DNA from: Camelus ferus
Lineage: Eukaryota
DNA: 64,000 nucleotides
Assembly (NCBI RefSeq): GCF_009834535.1
Contig: NC_045697.1
Location: forward strand, 36,520,001 to 36,584,000
Reading direction: 5' to 3'
The notes under the pieces were generated by a model, which ran no database searches, was not told where the DNA came from, and was given only the letters and a program-made list of their open reading frames with translations. Below are positions 39,756 to 52,835 of the stretch, piece after piece. Every line of letters begins with the position of its first letter. Within the stretch, counting starts at the first letter, position 1. Both the position numbers and the translations under genes were made by a program.

Positions 39756-41329
39756 TGCACTTCCCACAAATGAAGGCGTTCTTTTTATTATTAACTAAAA
39801 GCACACTAATTCATCTACCAATGGTTGTCTCATTTGGGGAAAAAAATCACTTATAAAACAAAATGATAAACAGGGGATAAGAACTTCTAAGAATTGAGAA
39901 GTGTCTTGCTGGATTTTTTTCAGAATATTAATTTATGTCTACTGGATCAAGCTGTCAGTCTGTTTCTGTAAGGTATCATTTTAATGAACGGAAATTCCTT
40001 GCTTTTGTGAAATGTTAAAGAATCTGAAGGAGAACCCAATCACTGGGCTCCTTTGAGGTCTATGTGTCTTGATCCAACTCCACCAACCACACCAAGAAAG
40101 TAAGAGATGGATGTATGAGCAAAGAATCCAACTGAAACGTGGAAAACAAATTCATCGCCCCGATGCTTTCTTTACTGATACCAAGCAGCTGAACGGAGGA
40201 TTAAAAAAAAGATTGACCATAGCCTAAGCTCTCTGGTTATTTTGTAATTAAACTATACCTGAGTTGCAGAGAACACTTTTTCTTTGTCTCCTTCACCTTC
40301 CCTAGTCCTGTATTTGACACCATTCCTGTCCAGTTGCCATTTGGACTTTTTAATTCTCTGAAACAGACCAAGTGTTTGGGGGCTTTTTATGGAGAATCAG
40401 TACCTCTCAGGGGGTTAGTCATTCTTTTGTAATGTTAAAAGGAGCTATCATTCCCTGATGGGGTTGGGCTGCTGTCCTGAGTAGAATCCAAGGAGACCAA
40501 AAGAGGGGTTACCTCTTCAGGGAGGAGCCTTCAGTTATCAGACACCGACACCACATGGGTATCTTTTTTAAAGAGAAAAATGTGCAGGGAGCAAAGAAAG
40601 GAAGTTGGCTTGTAGTGTAGCAAAGACAGAAGTATAAAAAGAGCTACCCTTGGTCATTAATGCTCATGTGGCAGACACGGTACTGGGGCTACATGACCTC
40701 ACCTGGTCCTCACTCACCCTGTAAGGCTGCTTTCGGAGAAGTTAGGGCAGCTGCCCAAAGATACGCCCCTAGTAAGGGGCAGGTCTATGCTCGTGATCAT
40801 ACATTATGTAACCTGCACATCCCTGATGACATTTCAGACTTTCACAGGGTTTGTCTCACGGGGAGAGCAGGGTGGAGGAGGCTTCCACTTTTGATGGTGC
40901 CCAGATGTTTTTTAATAACAACTGTAGCAGCATCTTGGAGGGAAGGTTATTCCAGATGTATCTGGAATCATCAGAATCCCTTTGATCCTTTTTAATCTAT
41001 AATCAATTAGCTCATGAGTCCAAAAAACATTTTTGGCTAACCACTTTAAAGAACGTCTTTAGGACCCCTTGTAGTCTGCCCCCTTATGCCTCACTCCAGT
41101 GGGAAAAAAAAAAAAAGTTGTACAGGATAGAAAGCTCGGTCTCCAGCTTAGTTTTAAATGGCCAGAGAAACGACCCAAATGTTTCACCCAGAAAGATTTC
41201 ATCCATAAAGCAATTTACTTTCTGGGTTCAGAATCCATCTCAGACCCCCAGCCTGGCTCTAATGAATTGCAAAGGCCTGGAGCAACCTGAGATACACCTC
41301 AGCAACACCATCTCCATGGCAACAAAGGA

Positions 41330-43090
41330 GAGCCAGTGGAGAAAAACGCCCTGGTCCTAGTATCGGGATGCCTACATTCCAGGCTGGCTGGATCGTCTAG
41401 GGGAGCTTCCTTAACCTCAATAAATCTTAATTTTCTCATCAAGAAGATGGGCATTCACTGCATTTGCTATGAGGTTCAAATGAAGTAGCTCATCTATCAT
41501 TACCAGGGCTAATGTTTGCAGTGTCCTTATGCTGTCCCAAGCATTTACTAAGTGCTTCATGTGTATATTTAAGTACCTACCTCATGGGGTAAGAATATGG
41601 TTAAGAACTGATCTAAGGATGAGAGGCTTGAGGCCCAGCTGAGGATAAGTAATTAATCTATCTGAGGTTACACAGCTGATAAGTGATGCACCAGAACTTG
41701 AACTCAGATCTAAGTCACTTCAGAGGCCACGGTTTTAATCATGATCAGCTGAAGCCTGTAACTGCTTCATGATTGTGTTCTGCCCTGCCTCTCTGCCCCC
41801 AATCTTTGGATATGAAATCCTTGGAATTATATGAAAATCCTTGGAATGCCATATGCAAATGTAAAGCTTTATTATTGTCAGATGGCCCCAGGTTGCATTT
41901 GTACAAAATTGCATTCTCTGAGCATGCCCAGATGGTCACACACCCTCAGAGGACACACAATTCCTAATAGGCAATGTGTGTGGTCACGTGCATCATTTTA
42001 TCACATCTATGGCATCACTTTGCCCAAAGCTGTTAGTTTGAAGTTTTAACAACTACCTCTAGTTTTATGGTTTCCTGAGGACACATTAAAATAATGAGTG
42101 CATTATCATTGTTTCCCTCAAAGTGTCATGACTTGTTCCAGGTCACATAGCTTGTTACTGGCAGGACTGAGTCATTTGGGTGAATTACTAGGCCTCAGTT
42201 TCTGCTTCTATAAAATGGCCAGATCAGGCTGGATCATCTCCACAGCCCCCTTTGACTCTACAAAAACTACAGTTCTGGGCCACAGAGTCCACCAGCCAAA
42301 TAACATGCTAGATCCAGCCTTCCTTAAGTTGGGAAAGAGGGAAGGTGGGTAGGAAAGGAAGAGAGGAAGGAAGTAGGAGATGCAGGTCAAGGTATCAAGA
42401 CAAGGAGCTAAGTGAGGAATGACTCCAGGGAGGAAGGGTAGGAGACAGTCCAGAGAGGACCCATCTGTGGAGGTGGAGCAGTGGCGGGGGAGGGGGGCAT
42501 GGTCCACTGACAAATGGTTCAGGCCTCTCCCCCAGGCTTCACCTTGAGATGCTAATCACCCCTTTCTCAGCTCAGGCAAGTCACTTAGCTGCCTTTTCAG
42601 TGAGGGAGGGAAGAAAGGAAGGAATATGTGGTGGCAGCAACTCCATTTTCCTGATCTCAGCCTGTCCCTGCTCACCAAGGATGAAGTTTAGTTATTATCA
42701 AATTTCATTAAATCGGATTCCATCTATTGTAGGTACACCATTATTTTACAGAACTAGGAAAAAAAGGCACTGTCCATTATCTTTGTATGGCATCATGAAT
42801 AAGATACAGCCTGCCTCCTATTTAGTGTCTTAGAATTGATGAAGTATTCTTATAACTACTGCTATTACTAATAATGAAATCTGTCATTTCAGGGTTGGAT
42901 ATGTACCAGGAACTGCATTAAATGTTTTATATAATTGCATTCAATACTCACAACAATCTGAAATAGGTGTTACCACCCCCATTTATAGATGAGAAAAGCT
43001 CAGAGAGGTTAAGTAAATTGCCCAAGGTTTCCCAGCTGGCAGAAACTGAGTCAGCCCAACCCCAGAGCATGTGCCTTTAATCACCAAGTT
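41330..43090. mobile_element. Cluster of MIR fragments (~41330-41745, ~42130-42270, ~42860-43085)
   Basis: Repeated MIR cores, e.g. GAGGTTACACAGCTGATAAGTG, GCCTCAGTTTCTGCTTCTATAAAATGG and CCCCATTTATAGATGAGAAAAGCTCAGAGAGGTTAAGTAAATTGCCCAAGG. Confidence 0.7.
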
Positions 43091-44439
43091 ATCTATCTCA
43101 CCTCCAACCTTCCAGTGGGCCACTTGATTATGGTTCTCAGGAAGACAAAAGGGCTTACTCATGGTCGTGGGGCCCTGGCTCCTACCTCCCTCTTCCTCTT
43201 CCGGGTAGAACTGCTATGAAGGAAGAGGGTGCATCCAGAAGACTGTTCTAGCTCCGGACATACAAGAGTTAAACATAGGAGAAGTGGGCTTAGAGGGGCA
43301 CCAGAATTCCCAGAGCTGGTTCTGTAGGGAAATAAAGGAGAATGAGAAATAAGGAGGGAGGGGAACATGCAGATACACAGTTGGTATTTCAGTGCTCATG
43401 CAGCAAAGGGGGTTACTGTAAGACTGATGATTATACTTCAAGGCATGCATGAGCCCCTCTGAGAACCTGGCTGGGGACCTAGCAACTGTGAATTCATGAT
43501 CGTGGGTTTTTTTTTTTTGAAAAGAGGACTCAAGTTCTAAATGCTTCAAGTTTCACAACCCTGGACCCTCCCCACAGGACCCACTCTTGGCATTTATGAA
43601 AGCAGGTGTGGTCGAGGGTAAAGAAAGCTGAAAGAGAGTGGGGAACACATGGGCCATGTAAATGAAGGAATGATGGTCAAAAAGGGGGAAAATAACTAAG
43701 AGAAAAGATGTCTGGTTCTTGCCCGCAAGTTGTTGTTGGCCTGCAGACATGGGCCATTTCCTGCCCCGTTCCTTCCAAGGCCAATCCCACAGACTGGTAG
43801 TGGGAAATGTCCTCTGTTTACTTTAATGAAGGGGTTGTGTTCTGATGCCAACCAGTCCTGAGAGCCTGCTCCTCCGCGGTGGTCTCCAAAGTGATGACAC
43901 CCATGAGGAATGTGGGGGGACTGTAATAGAACTCTTATGTAGAATCTTCTGACCCTTTAATATTTTTGTATGTCTTGTTATACGTGCATGTAATTTATAG
44001 AGAATTATACATATGTCACACATATGAACAAGTTTATTGATATAGGTCTGTGATGAAAGAAGTTGGGAGATTATCACCTTAGGGAGCAGATACTTCCCAT
44101 CCCCTTTAACTTCTCCCTCTTAAAGCTTCTGTGTGACATCATCAAAAAACCCCATTTTGGTCAAACTTAGTTAAATTCATACATTCTTCAGTGTTTTTGA
44201 TCTTGTCTTCCCTCAACTTGATAGTAAATTAAAATAATTGCAGCATTTCTCTCTTTTTCAGCTACTAACCCAGTTATTTGGAGTTTGCCAAAGCTATTTT
44301 CCTCAGAATTTATCTCAAGAACTCTTTTGCTTCAGTGGAGTCAGAGGGAGTTGGGAGGACTTGAGCGATACGGCATCCAGTTGCAATGTGTAAACTTTAT
44401 AGTTTGTTTGAATCATGAGCTAAATAAAAAGTTATGAGT

Positions 44440-44720
44440 CAACAGGGAGTTTGAACTGATTATTTGATATTAAGGAAGTGTGGTTGTTTTGGTGTGATAT
44501 TAGTGTTATGGTTACATTTAAGAATCCTTATCCTTTAGAGATAAATATTAAAATGTTTGCAGATTAACTATGCTTGAGATTTGCTTCAAAGGAGGATATA
44601 AATCAAAAAAGATACCCATGAATCATAAATTATTGGAGATGGGTATTAGGGTACATGGGGAATTCCTTACACTCCACTTTTCCATTGAGATTTTCATTAT
44701 AAAAAGTTAAAAATAAAAAT
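44440..44720 (+). mobile_element. Old L1 (L1ME/MC-like) 3' fragment
   Basis: ATTTGATATTAAGGAA…TCCTTATCCTTTAGAGATA…GATTTGCTTCAAA…GGGTACATGGGG…TTTTCATTATAAAAAGTTAAAA. Confidence 0.65.
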
Positions 44721-47139
44721 CAAACACAAAGTAATCAGTGAGGCCTGATGGTTAAAACAAACAAACAAAAACCCCACCAGTAACAACACCCCCCTACAAA
44801 AAGCTCACTTTGTCTTTCATCCACCAGACATAGTTACGTGACACCAAGAAAGGTAGACACAAATTCCCAAGCATTGGAGTGGTGCCTTGAAGCCCCCTGA
44901 GTTTTGCATTTAGATCAGAAATCAAATGGTTTGGGACTGGGACCAGAAAGCAAATGGTTTGCTTTACCGCTGGCCAAAGAGAACTGGTTAATTCCCAAGG
45001 AGGAAAAAAATAAGACCATTAAACAGGATCACTATGGTCTTTGGACACAGAATCATTACAAAGCACCGTTTTGATGAGTTAAGTGTAAATGAATCGGGAA
45101 CATGCGGCTTCAATTTCCTTCCAAATACACAAGTTTGTAGATTTAAGGAAAAATGCCCTATGAGACATGTGCTGAGCTGCAATGCTTTGAAAGACCCTGA
45201 GAATCACTGAACCCAGATGGGCTCTGGCTTTGCTCCCCCAGACTGGACCACTGGAGTAGGATATCTCCACTTCACCCCATTTCCTCTGTAAACTCTACCT
45301 CCTTCCTTCTAAATCCTAATCTAAACTCGTCTTCAGATTCTCAAAACATAGCACAAGAAAAATCAGAGGTCAGCAGTTTTGTTTTTTTTTTCATCCTTTT
45401 CAATTTTGATGAAAAAGAAACAATTTCTTTGAGACTCAACTTGGAAGGCATTTCCTGGCAAGCTCGTAGAGTTCACCCTGTTGGTTTAAACTTGGAAAGT
45501 GTTGGGAGTAGTTAACACAGCGCAAATGAAGTGAGGAGGAAATGGATGCTGAGGTCATCCCACTGTGCTCCTCTCCCTCACCCCTCTTCCTCCTCATTCA
45601 CGCAAGAAGATTCTACAGCAACAACCTAGACGTGCCTTGTGTGGATCTCCGTTTAGTACAAAGCCTGGAAAAGAGATGCTTCCCCAGGCTGTTGAGTTCA
45701 TGGCCAAGTCTGGCTGAAGCCGTCAGGGAGAAGCTGGTGCAGCGGCCTGACCTTTACCTGGAGAAGGCGAAATGGAGAAGTCGGGCCAGGGCCTCGTGCA
45801 TGATATACGAAACTAAAGCAAGCTCTCTCCTCACTTGAAAGCCCAGAATGCCCAGCTGGCTGTGATTTAAGGCTCTCTTTGGCCTGTGAACCACAACAAA
45901 GACAGGAGAATTTGTCAGAGGTGTGTTTTGCAGGTTGGCCTGGGAAAGTTCTGCTAGGAAAGTGGTGGGTGGCTGGGCTCCTTGGACCCGAGACACTTGG
46001 TGGGTGTTCTGTGTCTGACTCCCGACCCTACCCCTCTTCCCAGGAAGGACACACACAGGGCTGCCTCATAACTCCTGCTGCTCTTGGCAGTTTCTCCAGG
46101 AGACATCCTTCCACAGCCGTGAGTGATTCAAGTTGCAAAATTGGAGTTGCTCATTTTAATTTCCCGAGCATAAAACTCCAGGGGGAATGAACCTTCCTGG
46201 CTTAGAGCTGCTCTCTCTACAGAGGTCAGGAAAGAGTAAGTTTTCTCTCCAGATACTGGCACAGATACTCTTCATAGTGATGCCAGCTCCAAGCCAAGAA
46301 TATCTGACTGTAAGCTAGAAAAAGGCAGCATTTCCTGACTTCCTGAGAAGCCACACAGATACCTAGCAGTAGCACTAGTTTTAGGAACCTGTCATCCTCC
46401 AACGACTGTGCCTGGCTGTCTTATTGATAACTGCATCTCAAAAACAAAGGACTGTTACCTACTTTGAAAAGTAAGGCTCCAACTGACTGTACGCCTACTC
46501 AAAACTCGCTCAGACATGACACCATGGGCATGAACACAGCATCCACCAGAGTATGAAACAAAGTGAGAAGTATCTTCAGGGGCTGTAGGAGCTAGAAATT
46601 TGAAAGGCTGGGGAAAGATGACAAAACCTTCAATTTTCTGTAAATGGCTTTTGGGAGTTGAAGGGCACCATAAAATGCATCTTACCAGCCCACCAAACTC
46701 TAAGGTTTTTTTTCCCCCCTGGGATTCTTGCTAAATAGAATATTTAAAACAATGTTACAAAAGCCATGGGAGATCATTGACCAGAGCAGCGACCATCTCA
46801 GCACAGTGCTGCTTTCTGCAAAACCTGAGATGAGGCCAGCTTACATCCTTATGAGCAGGGTCACACTCCCTTCCACAGAAACCAAACCAGGGTCTTCTTG
46901 ATCACAGCTTACAATGTTTAGGAACTGGCCAAGACATAAGGCAAATTCACTTCGTTTAGTTCAACTTACGCCTGCCCTGGGCAGCAGCTAGGTGTACAGA
47001 AATTAAATCTCTCAAAAAGCTCTCCTTCTAAGGACTCACCAGGCAGAGGAGATGGAAGCTGCCGACGATACACAGCAGAGAAGACGCGGGGAGCGGAGGG
47101 ATGTTTTCCACAGTGGAAGTCAGGCTGAGTCACCATCTG

Positions 47140-47556
47140 AGCTGGATTTAAGGGTTCTTAAATTGTAGTGCCAATTTAAGGATCACGTGCGGAGCTTGTT
47201 CAGAGTCAAAATAGGATGGCCCCCATAAGAATCACCTGGGGAACTTAAGGATGACAATAGATGCTCCCTGCCCAAGATTTTTGTTTTAGTGAATTGATTT
47301 AGAGCCTAAGCATCTGTATTTAAAAAAAAAACCAAAAACCCAGCCCTCAGTTTTTATGTGAGTGGTCCTCAGAATCCACGCTGCCCCTTCACCTACAAGT
47401 CTCGTCATGCGTGGGGCTGTAAATAGGTCCAGAAAGATAAGAAGGCTCGTACGCATGAGACTCAAAGTCTGTTTCCTAAATTTGCTTCAGGGTCTAGGAA
47501 GTTCAGAAAGGATTCGTGGGAGTTCAGGGGTGAGGGCTTGTAGATGAAAGCACTGC
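47140..47556. mobile_element. MER5-type fragments
   Basis: AGAATCACCTGGGGAACTTAA…GAGCCTAAGCATCTGTATTTAAAA and TCTGTTTCCTAAA…GAAAGCACTGCC. Confidence 0.55.
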
Positions 47557-49070
47557 CTTTGATCCTTATGGTATGCTTTTTGTAGACCCCAAGAGCAATC
47601 CTAGACTCCCTGTCCCCTAACCTATGGATTGGGACTCCTTTATAGCAAATACTCTGGTTTTAGGCTTCTGTGGAATTCACTCTCTTCTGCGTCATAGCCA
47701 CAGGTGCCAATGGACATGTTTAAGGAAGGGGCCTACCAGGGTCATAAACTATTGGCTCTCAAGGCCAAACCAGGCAGGCTGAAGCAATCTGCTGGACTGG
47801 ACAAGGTGTTTTTGTTTTATTTTGGGTTAAATTGAATTTGAAAGCCTTTAGATACCATATATATATATATATGGTATGTATATATATTACCCCCTCTCAG
47901 CAGTTGACCAGAGGCCTCACCACTTCCTTTGGACTCATACCTGAATGGTTCACATATTTTAAATAATTCCTTCCTGGTTTCTGTAGGCATTTGAGTTTGT
48001 GACCCCCAGGGGCCATATCCTAAATCCGACTCTGTTTACAGGATTAGCTCCTGTTTTTCCAGCTGGGCCCCTAGGGAACAGGATCCAGGCTGAGCACCTT
48101 GGTGTCAGAGAGAAAGGAAAACCCAGGAGCTCTGGGTCTGGAAGTTCAGGAACACAGGACAAGCCTCACCCAAGGCCGGGATGCCAGAGCTAAGCCTGGG
48201 GTGGCGGGAGAAAGCCTGGCTTCCCACTCTTCCCGGTGAGTCCACTCGGCCTTCGAGATCCCAGCAGCCACAGTGGCAAGAGAAGGGTCTTCACCTCCCC
48301 TCCCCATGGCCTCTGCTTCCAAGAACTCTAAGCAGACCCAGCACTGCCACTCACTGCTCTCAACTGTTTTCCAAATGTTTCCGATACCCACAGCCACCTC
48401 CCAACCTTTTTTTGCCAGTGCAGTTGACCCTGCCTGACACGCTGTCTCTGTCCAGCTCTGATTGTGTCTAATTCCTCCCTAATTACTTCAACATGCCACT
48501 CAAACCTCCCACTTCTCCAGATGCTTTCTCTGATCAATTTCACTGAAATGCATGTTCTCCACCTCCTCTCAACTGATTACCTACCCTACTGTAAAGACTC
48601 ACCCCCTTATGCCTTGGATCATTGTTTATATTTCTTATCTGTATAAATTGTCTCTTCTCAGTTAGATTCTCAACTCTTCAAGGGTGGGCACCATGATTAA
48701 TTTTTTACTGCCTGTGTTCCTTCCAGCACCTGCCACAGTACCTGAAATGTGGCATTAATTCACTGATTAGTTCATTATCAGCACCAGCACCAGGGACTTG
48801 CTGCACAGAACTCTCATAAAGCATCCCCAGCAACAGGAAGCTCAGATCAGTTCGGGAACACTGTCCCAGCATTTTCCTGGCATCATGCTTCCTGGATGGC
48901 TTTGCATTTCAGAAAGAAGGGCCTACTTCCATTCACTCAGTTATTCAACAGAGAAGTTGCCTTTGATTCATGTACTTGTAGAAAAGGAAGCTGTAAGCCA
49001 ATATAAAGAGTCCTCCTTCAATTAGGCTATAAAAGGGAAAGTAACGATGGAAAGGCTCCTCATTAGCACC

Positions 49071-49530
49071 TGTCAGGGGTTGAATGATGCCCCCTACCCC
49101 CGCCAAATATACGTAACCCAGAACCTGTGAATGTGCCCGTATCTGGATAAAGAGTCTTACAGATGCATTTAAGCTAAGCTTCTCAAGATGAGATCATCCA
49201 GGATTATCCAGAGGGGCCCTACATCTAATGACAAGTATCCTCCTAAGAAGAGGAGAAGACATAGAGGTGAAGAGCAGACACAGTGGAGTCCTCATGAAGG
49301 TGGAAGCAGAGACTGGAGTCATGCAGCCCCAAGCTGGGGAAAGCCTGGAGCCACCAGAAGCTGGAAGAGGCCAGGAAGAATTCTCCCTTGGAGACTTCAC
49401 AGAGCGTAGCCCTGTTGACACCTTGATTTCAGGCTTCTAGCCTCCAGAACTATGAGAGAACAAATCTGTGTTGTTTTAAGCCATTAAATTTATGGTAATT
49501 TGTTACAGCAGCTCTAGGAAACTAACATAG
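49071..49530 (+). mobile_element. MaLR solo LTR (MLT1B/C-like)
   Basis: CCCAGAACCTGTGAATGTG…GAGATCATCCAGGATTATCC…GGAGCCACCAGAAGCTGGAAGAGGCCAGGAA…CTTCTAGCCTCCAGAACTATGAGAGAA…TTTGTTACAGCAGC…GGAAACTAAC. Confidence 0.92.
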
Positions 49531-50269
49531 CAGCTTAAAGGCCAGCAGGGTAGAGGTGGGGCAGTGGTGGGTGGTGAGAGGATGGGGAGGCATGATTTGG
49601 TGCCAGATTTCAGAGATACCAATTTCAGCATCCATCAAGAGAGAGGAAGGGAACTTTTCACAATCCCAACTAATTCTGCCATTGTATATTTTTCTAGAAG
49701 AGCTTCCACAATGTCATTATCAACCCAGAGATGCTCGCTATACAGGCTTAAGCCAGATACTTTCTCTTTGAACCTTCTTCTCCAAACTGGACCAGGAAAT
49801 CCTGAAATGAAGAGTCTTCAAAACGAATGACCTGCCTCCAAGGACCCAGGTTATTCGTTTTTCCCTCTACTTATTGAGTATTTATTGAGCATCTACTGTG
49901 CTGGGCGAATTGGTTAGTCTGGCTAATTATAACAGAGGCACTGGTTATCACCACGTATCTAAACACGTGGGGATCTCTATCTAAATCTGACCAGCCAAGC
50001 TTTCCTAGTCTGGGTTCTTGGACTGTATTTAATGTCCCTCTTTTCATTTGTCCACTGACTCTAATTTACACATAAGCCAACTCTTGCTCTTTTTACCTGT
50101 CTGGTGAGTAAGGAGGACTACATTTTTGCAAGTGCTCCAAACGCTGAGGCACACACGGCAGCACTTTTCATCTGATTGCTAGAAGCTATTCGCATCAGTC
50201 TGCAATCCTCTTTCAAAGCTTAGTAATGAAAAGAGCCAGAAAAATATCACTGTAAAGGTTGGGGATATG

Positions 50270-50525
50270 ACTCATTTCCTCTTATAAAATGGACACAGGT
50301 CATGGAGGAGAATGTCTTTCTTTTTCAGAGATGCATGGTAAAAATCTTTAGAGATGAAATGTTACGATGACTGCAATCGACTCCAAATCACTTCCGTAAA
50401 AAATAAAATAAACGAGGCAAAATTGGCAACATGTTAATTGCTAAATCCAGGTGACAGGAAGATGGGTGTTTGCTGCATGGTTTGTTCTGCTTTTCCATGT
50501 ATAAACATTACCAAAAATAAAAACA
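50270..50525 (+). mobile_element. Old L1ME-like 3' fragment
   Basis: TCAGAGATGCATGGTAAAA…GAGATGAAATG…GGCAACATGTTAATTGCTAAATCCAGGTGA. Confidence 0.55.
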
Positions 50526-51023
50526 AAAGGGATGTATATTTTTTCCATATAGGGCTGTCTCGCCCCTGTACTGATACTCCATGTGTTTTCAGGCATGGAG
50601 ACTGTCTCAAAAAGGGATGATATCTGGTCACAATTTAGAAATGCCCGACAGAGAGTGAACATCTGTGCATGCAGGCTCTGTTCTTAACTGTTCTTTGGTT
50701 CTATTTATGGAAGGAAGAGAAGACACATCTATTGAGGAAAAAGCAGAGAAGCAAAAAAGAAAGAAAGCAGTGTTGGCACAGAAGCAGGAAAAAAAAGCCT
50801 CATTGGGAAAGCACTGCATCAGTAAGATGGTGTTTTTTTGTTAAGTCACAGACAGCTCTGCACGCTGCTTTAAACCACTGGCAGGGTGTTTTGTCCAAGT
50901 GCATCTAGTGTATGTGGCATTTATTCCTCTAAACAAACATACCAGCCAAGGAATGGACTCAGGTCCCACCCCTGACATACCCGACACACAAACACAGGCA
51001 GGCAGGGGGAGAGGGGGACTCAC

Positions 51024-51115
51024 AGTTCTGAGTACAGGAAGTGCAGGTGGCCCACATTGTCAATGTAGTTGGCAGGGCTGAGCCAAGGCAGGACCAGCAA
51101 CAGAAGTGCCTTCAT
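51024..51115 (-). CDS. LNX1: LNX1 alternative first coding exon of the RING-less (p70-type) isoform
   Basis: MKALLLLVLPWLSPANYIDNVGHLHFLYSE(L) matches the recalled short-isoform N-terminus. ATG context AAAATGA. Strong donor CT|GTGAGT at 51024/51023. 92 nt, phase 2, giving CT+C = Leu and then CKGASH in frame. Confidence 0.95.
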
Positions 51116-51550
51116 TTTCCAAGCAGGATGCTGCTTTCTTCCTGGCCACCTTCTCTCCGTCAGCTGCAGGGGCCCAACCCAGCCCAGCCCCTTTAAAACA
51201 CACTTGCCATGTTCCCACAATCAGCAGATCACAGAGAATGAGACTTAGAGCCCTTAGCTGAGCCACGCTGATAAATCACGGGCCCGTAAGAGGACTGTGC
51301 GCTCTGATTCTCAGATGGGGAGATGAGAGAACGGAGGAACCCACCATGGTTGGCGAGAAGGCTTAGGCTGAGAGCAAGCAGGCTGATGCCCGGGAAAGGG
51401 ACCTGCCCCTCCTGCAGGATGCCGACTGGTTCTCGGGAAGCAGCTGGTACATTTACATCACTGGCTGGGAGCAGATGGGCTGGAAGCTAATCTGTGTTGG
51501 AAGAGGGCATGAACATGGCACGTTTGGAGCCCACCGCGTGAATAAGCAAA
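51116..51550 (-). promoter_or_regulatory. Putative 5' UTR and internal promoter of the short LNX1 isoform
   Basis: Unique, moderately GC/CpG-enriched sequence directly upstream of the p70-type ATG, with a TTTTAAA element near 51192-51198. The TSS cannot be placed from sequence. Confidence 0.55.
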
Positions 51551-52599
51551 CGCTCAAAAGCTGTCCTACGGCTTGCTAGAGGAAGACCCCGGACAAAATT
51601 AGCATCTTTGGAACACAGTCTGGAGATCTGAGCTTACAGTGAGCCTTCCTCAGATATTGCAACACAGGAATGTTAATACGAACCAACCCCACTCTACATG
51701 TATATTTAGAATATGCATTTAAGATATTTTCCCTGTCACTCTCCCGACTATACTGATAGAGGCTAAGAGAAGTGACAGCTTCCTTGTTAATTTTGCAAAC
51801 TGTCCCTATATAAGAACAGGCTGTGTCATTCTCTCTGAGACTCACAGAGAACCTTGATAGACAGACATAAAATTCTGTCCAAACAGTGCATAGCCTCATA
51901 TTCTGGGGGGGGGGGAGTTGCTCCATTCCTCCTGCTCCCCTGAGTAACTGAATTAAGCCCTCTCACTAGCTGTAGGATCCTGGGCATTTCATTGAAGCCC
52001 CGAGCCTCAGTCATCTCATCTTTGAAATGGAATCAATAAAGCCTTATCAGCCTGGTTCTGCAGAAGCTGGACCACACCATCTCTTCCAGCTTCGAGATCT
52101 GTGATTCTAGACTCTACTACCTTCCTTAACACCAGGACTTTGCACGCCTAAGCTCTGGAATGCCCCAGAAGCCCCAGGTCTCCTCTCCTACTCCATATTT
52201 AAGAAGAGTAAAATCCATCTTGCTAACTGAAGGCCTAAATCTTAATAGAAATGGCTCAAAGGGATAGTTATATTAATGACAACCAAGCTATTACAGCAAA
52301 TTACATTTCACAGGAAGAAGACCAGAGAAAAATCTATGGGATGAGACCAACTGTAATAAACCGTGTAGGAATCTGGCGTCAGAGATCTGCATTTACCTGA
52401 GGCAAGGCTAAGACTTAAACTCCACTAGACCCTGAGGAGGTACAGACTTAATTTCTACAGTTTGGATCGGAGAGAAGCAACCTTGATAAAGCCTGACATC
52501 CATTAATTTATAATTTTTAAGGCCCTAATTTGAATTCCATTTCCTTTAGGTCTGGTATGCAAGAGTGTGTCAGAGCTGGTGAAGAGCAGGAAAGAGGAA

Positions 52600-52835
52600 G
52601 TTAGGTTTGGAACTTAGATGCTGGAGTCAAACAGGTTTGAGTCTGAACCCTAGCTCTGCCATGTAGGAGCTGTGTGACACTGGGCATGTTCCTTAACCTC
52701 TCTGAACTTCCGTATCCTCCTCTGTAAAGGAAAGACAATAGTATACTTAACTCACAGTGTTTTTATGAAGGTGGAATGAAATAATGCCTATAAGAACAAA
52801 AGACTCAATGAGTGTTAGCTATTGCTATAAATGTC
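52600..52835 (+). mobile_element. MIR SINE (another fragment at ~51945-52040)
   Basis: TGGAGTCAAACAG…GCTCTGCCA…GCTGTGTGACACTGGGCATGTTCCTTAACCTCTCTGAAC…TCTGTAAA. Confidence 0.85.
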
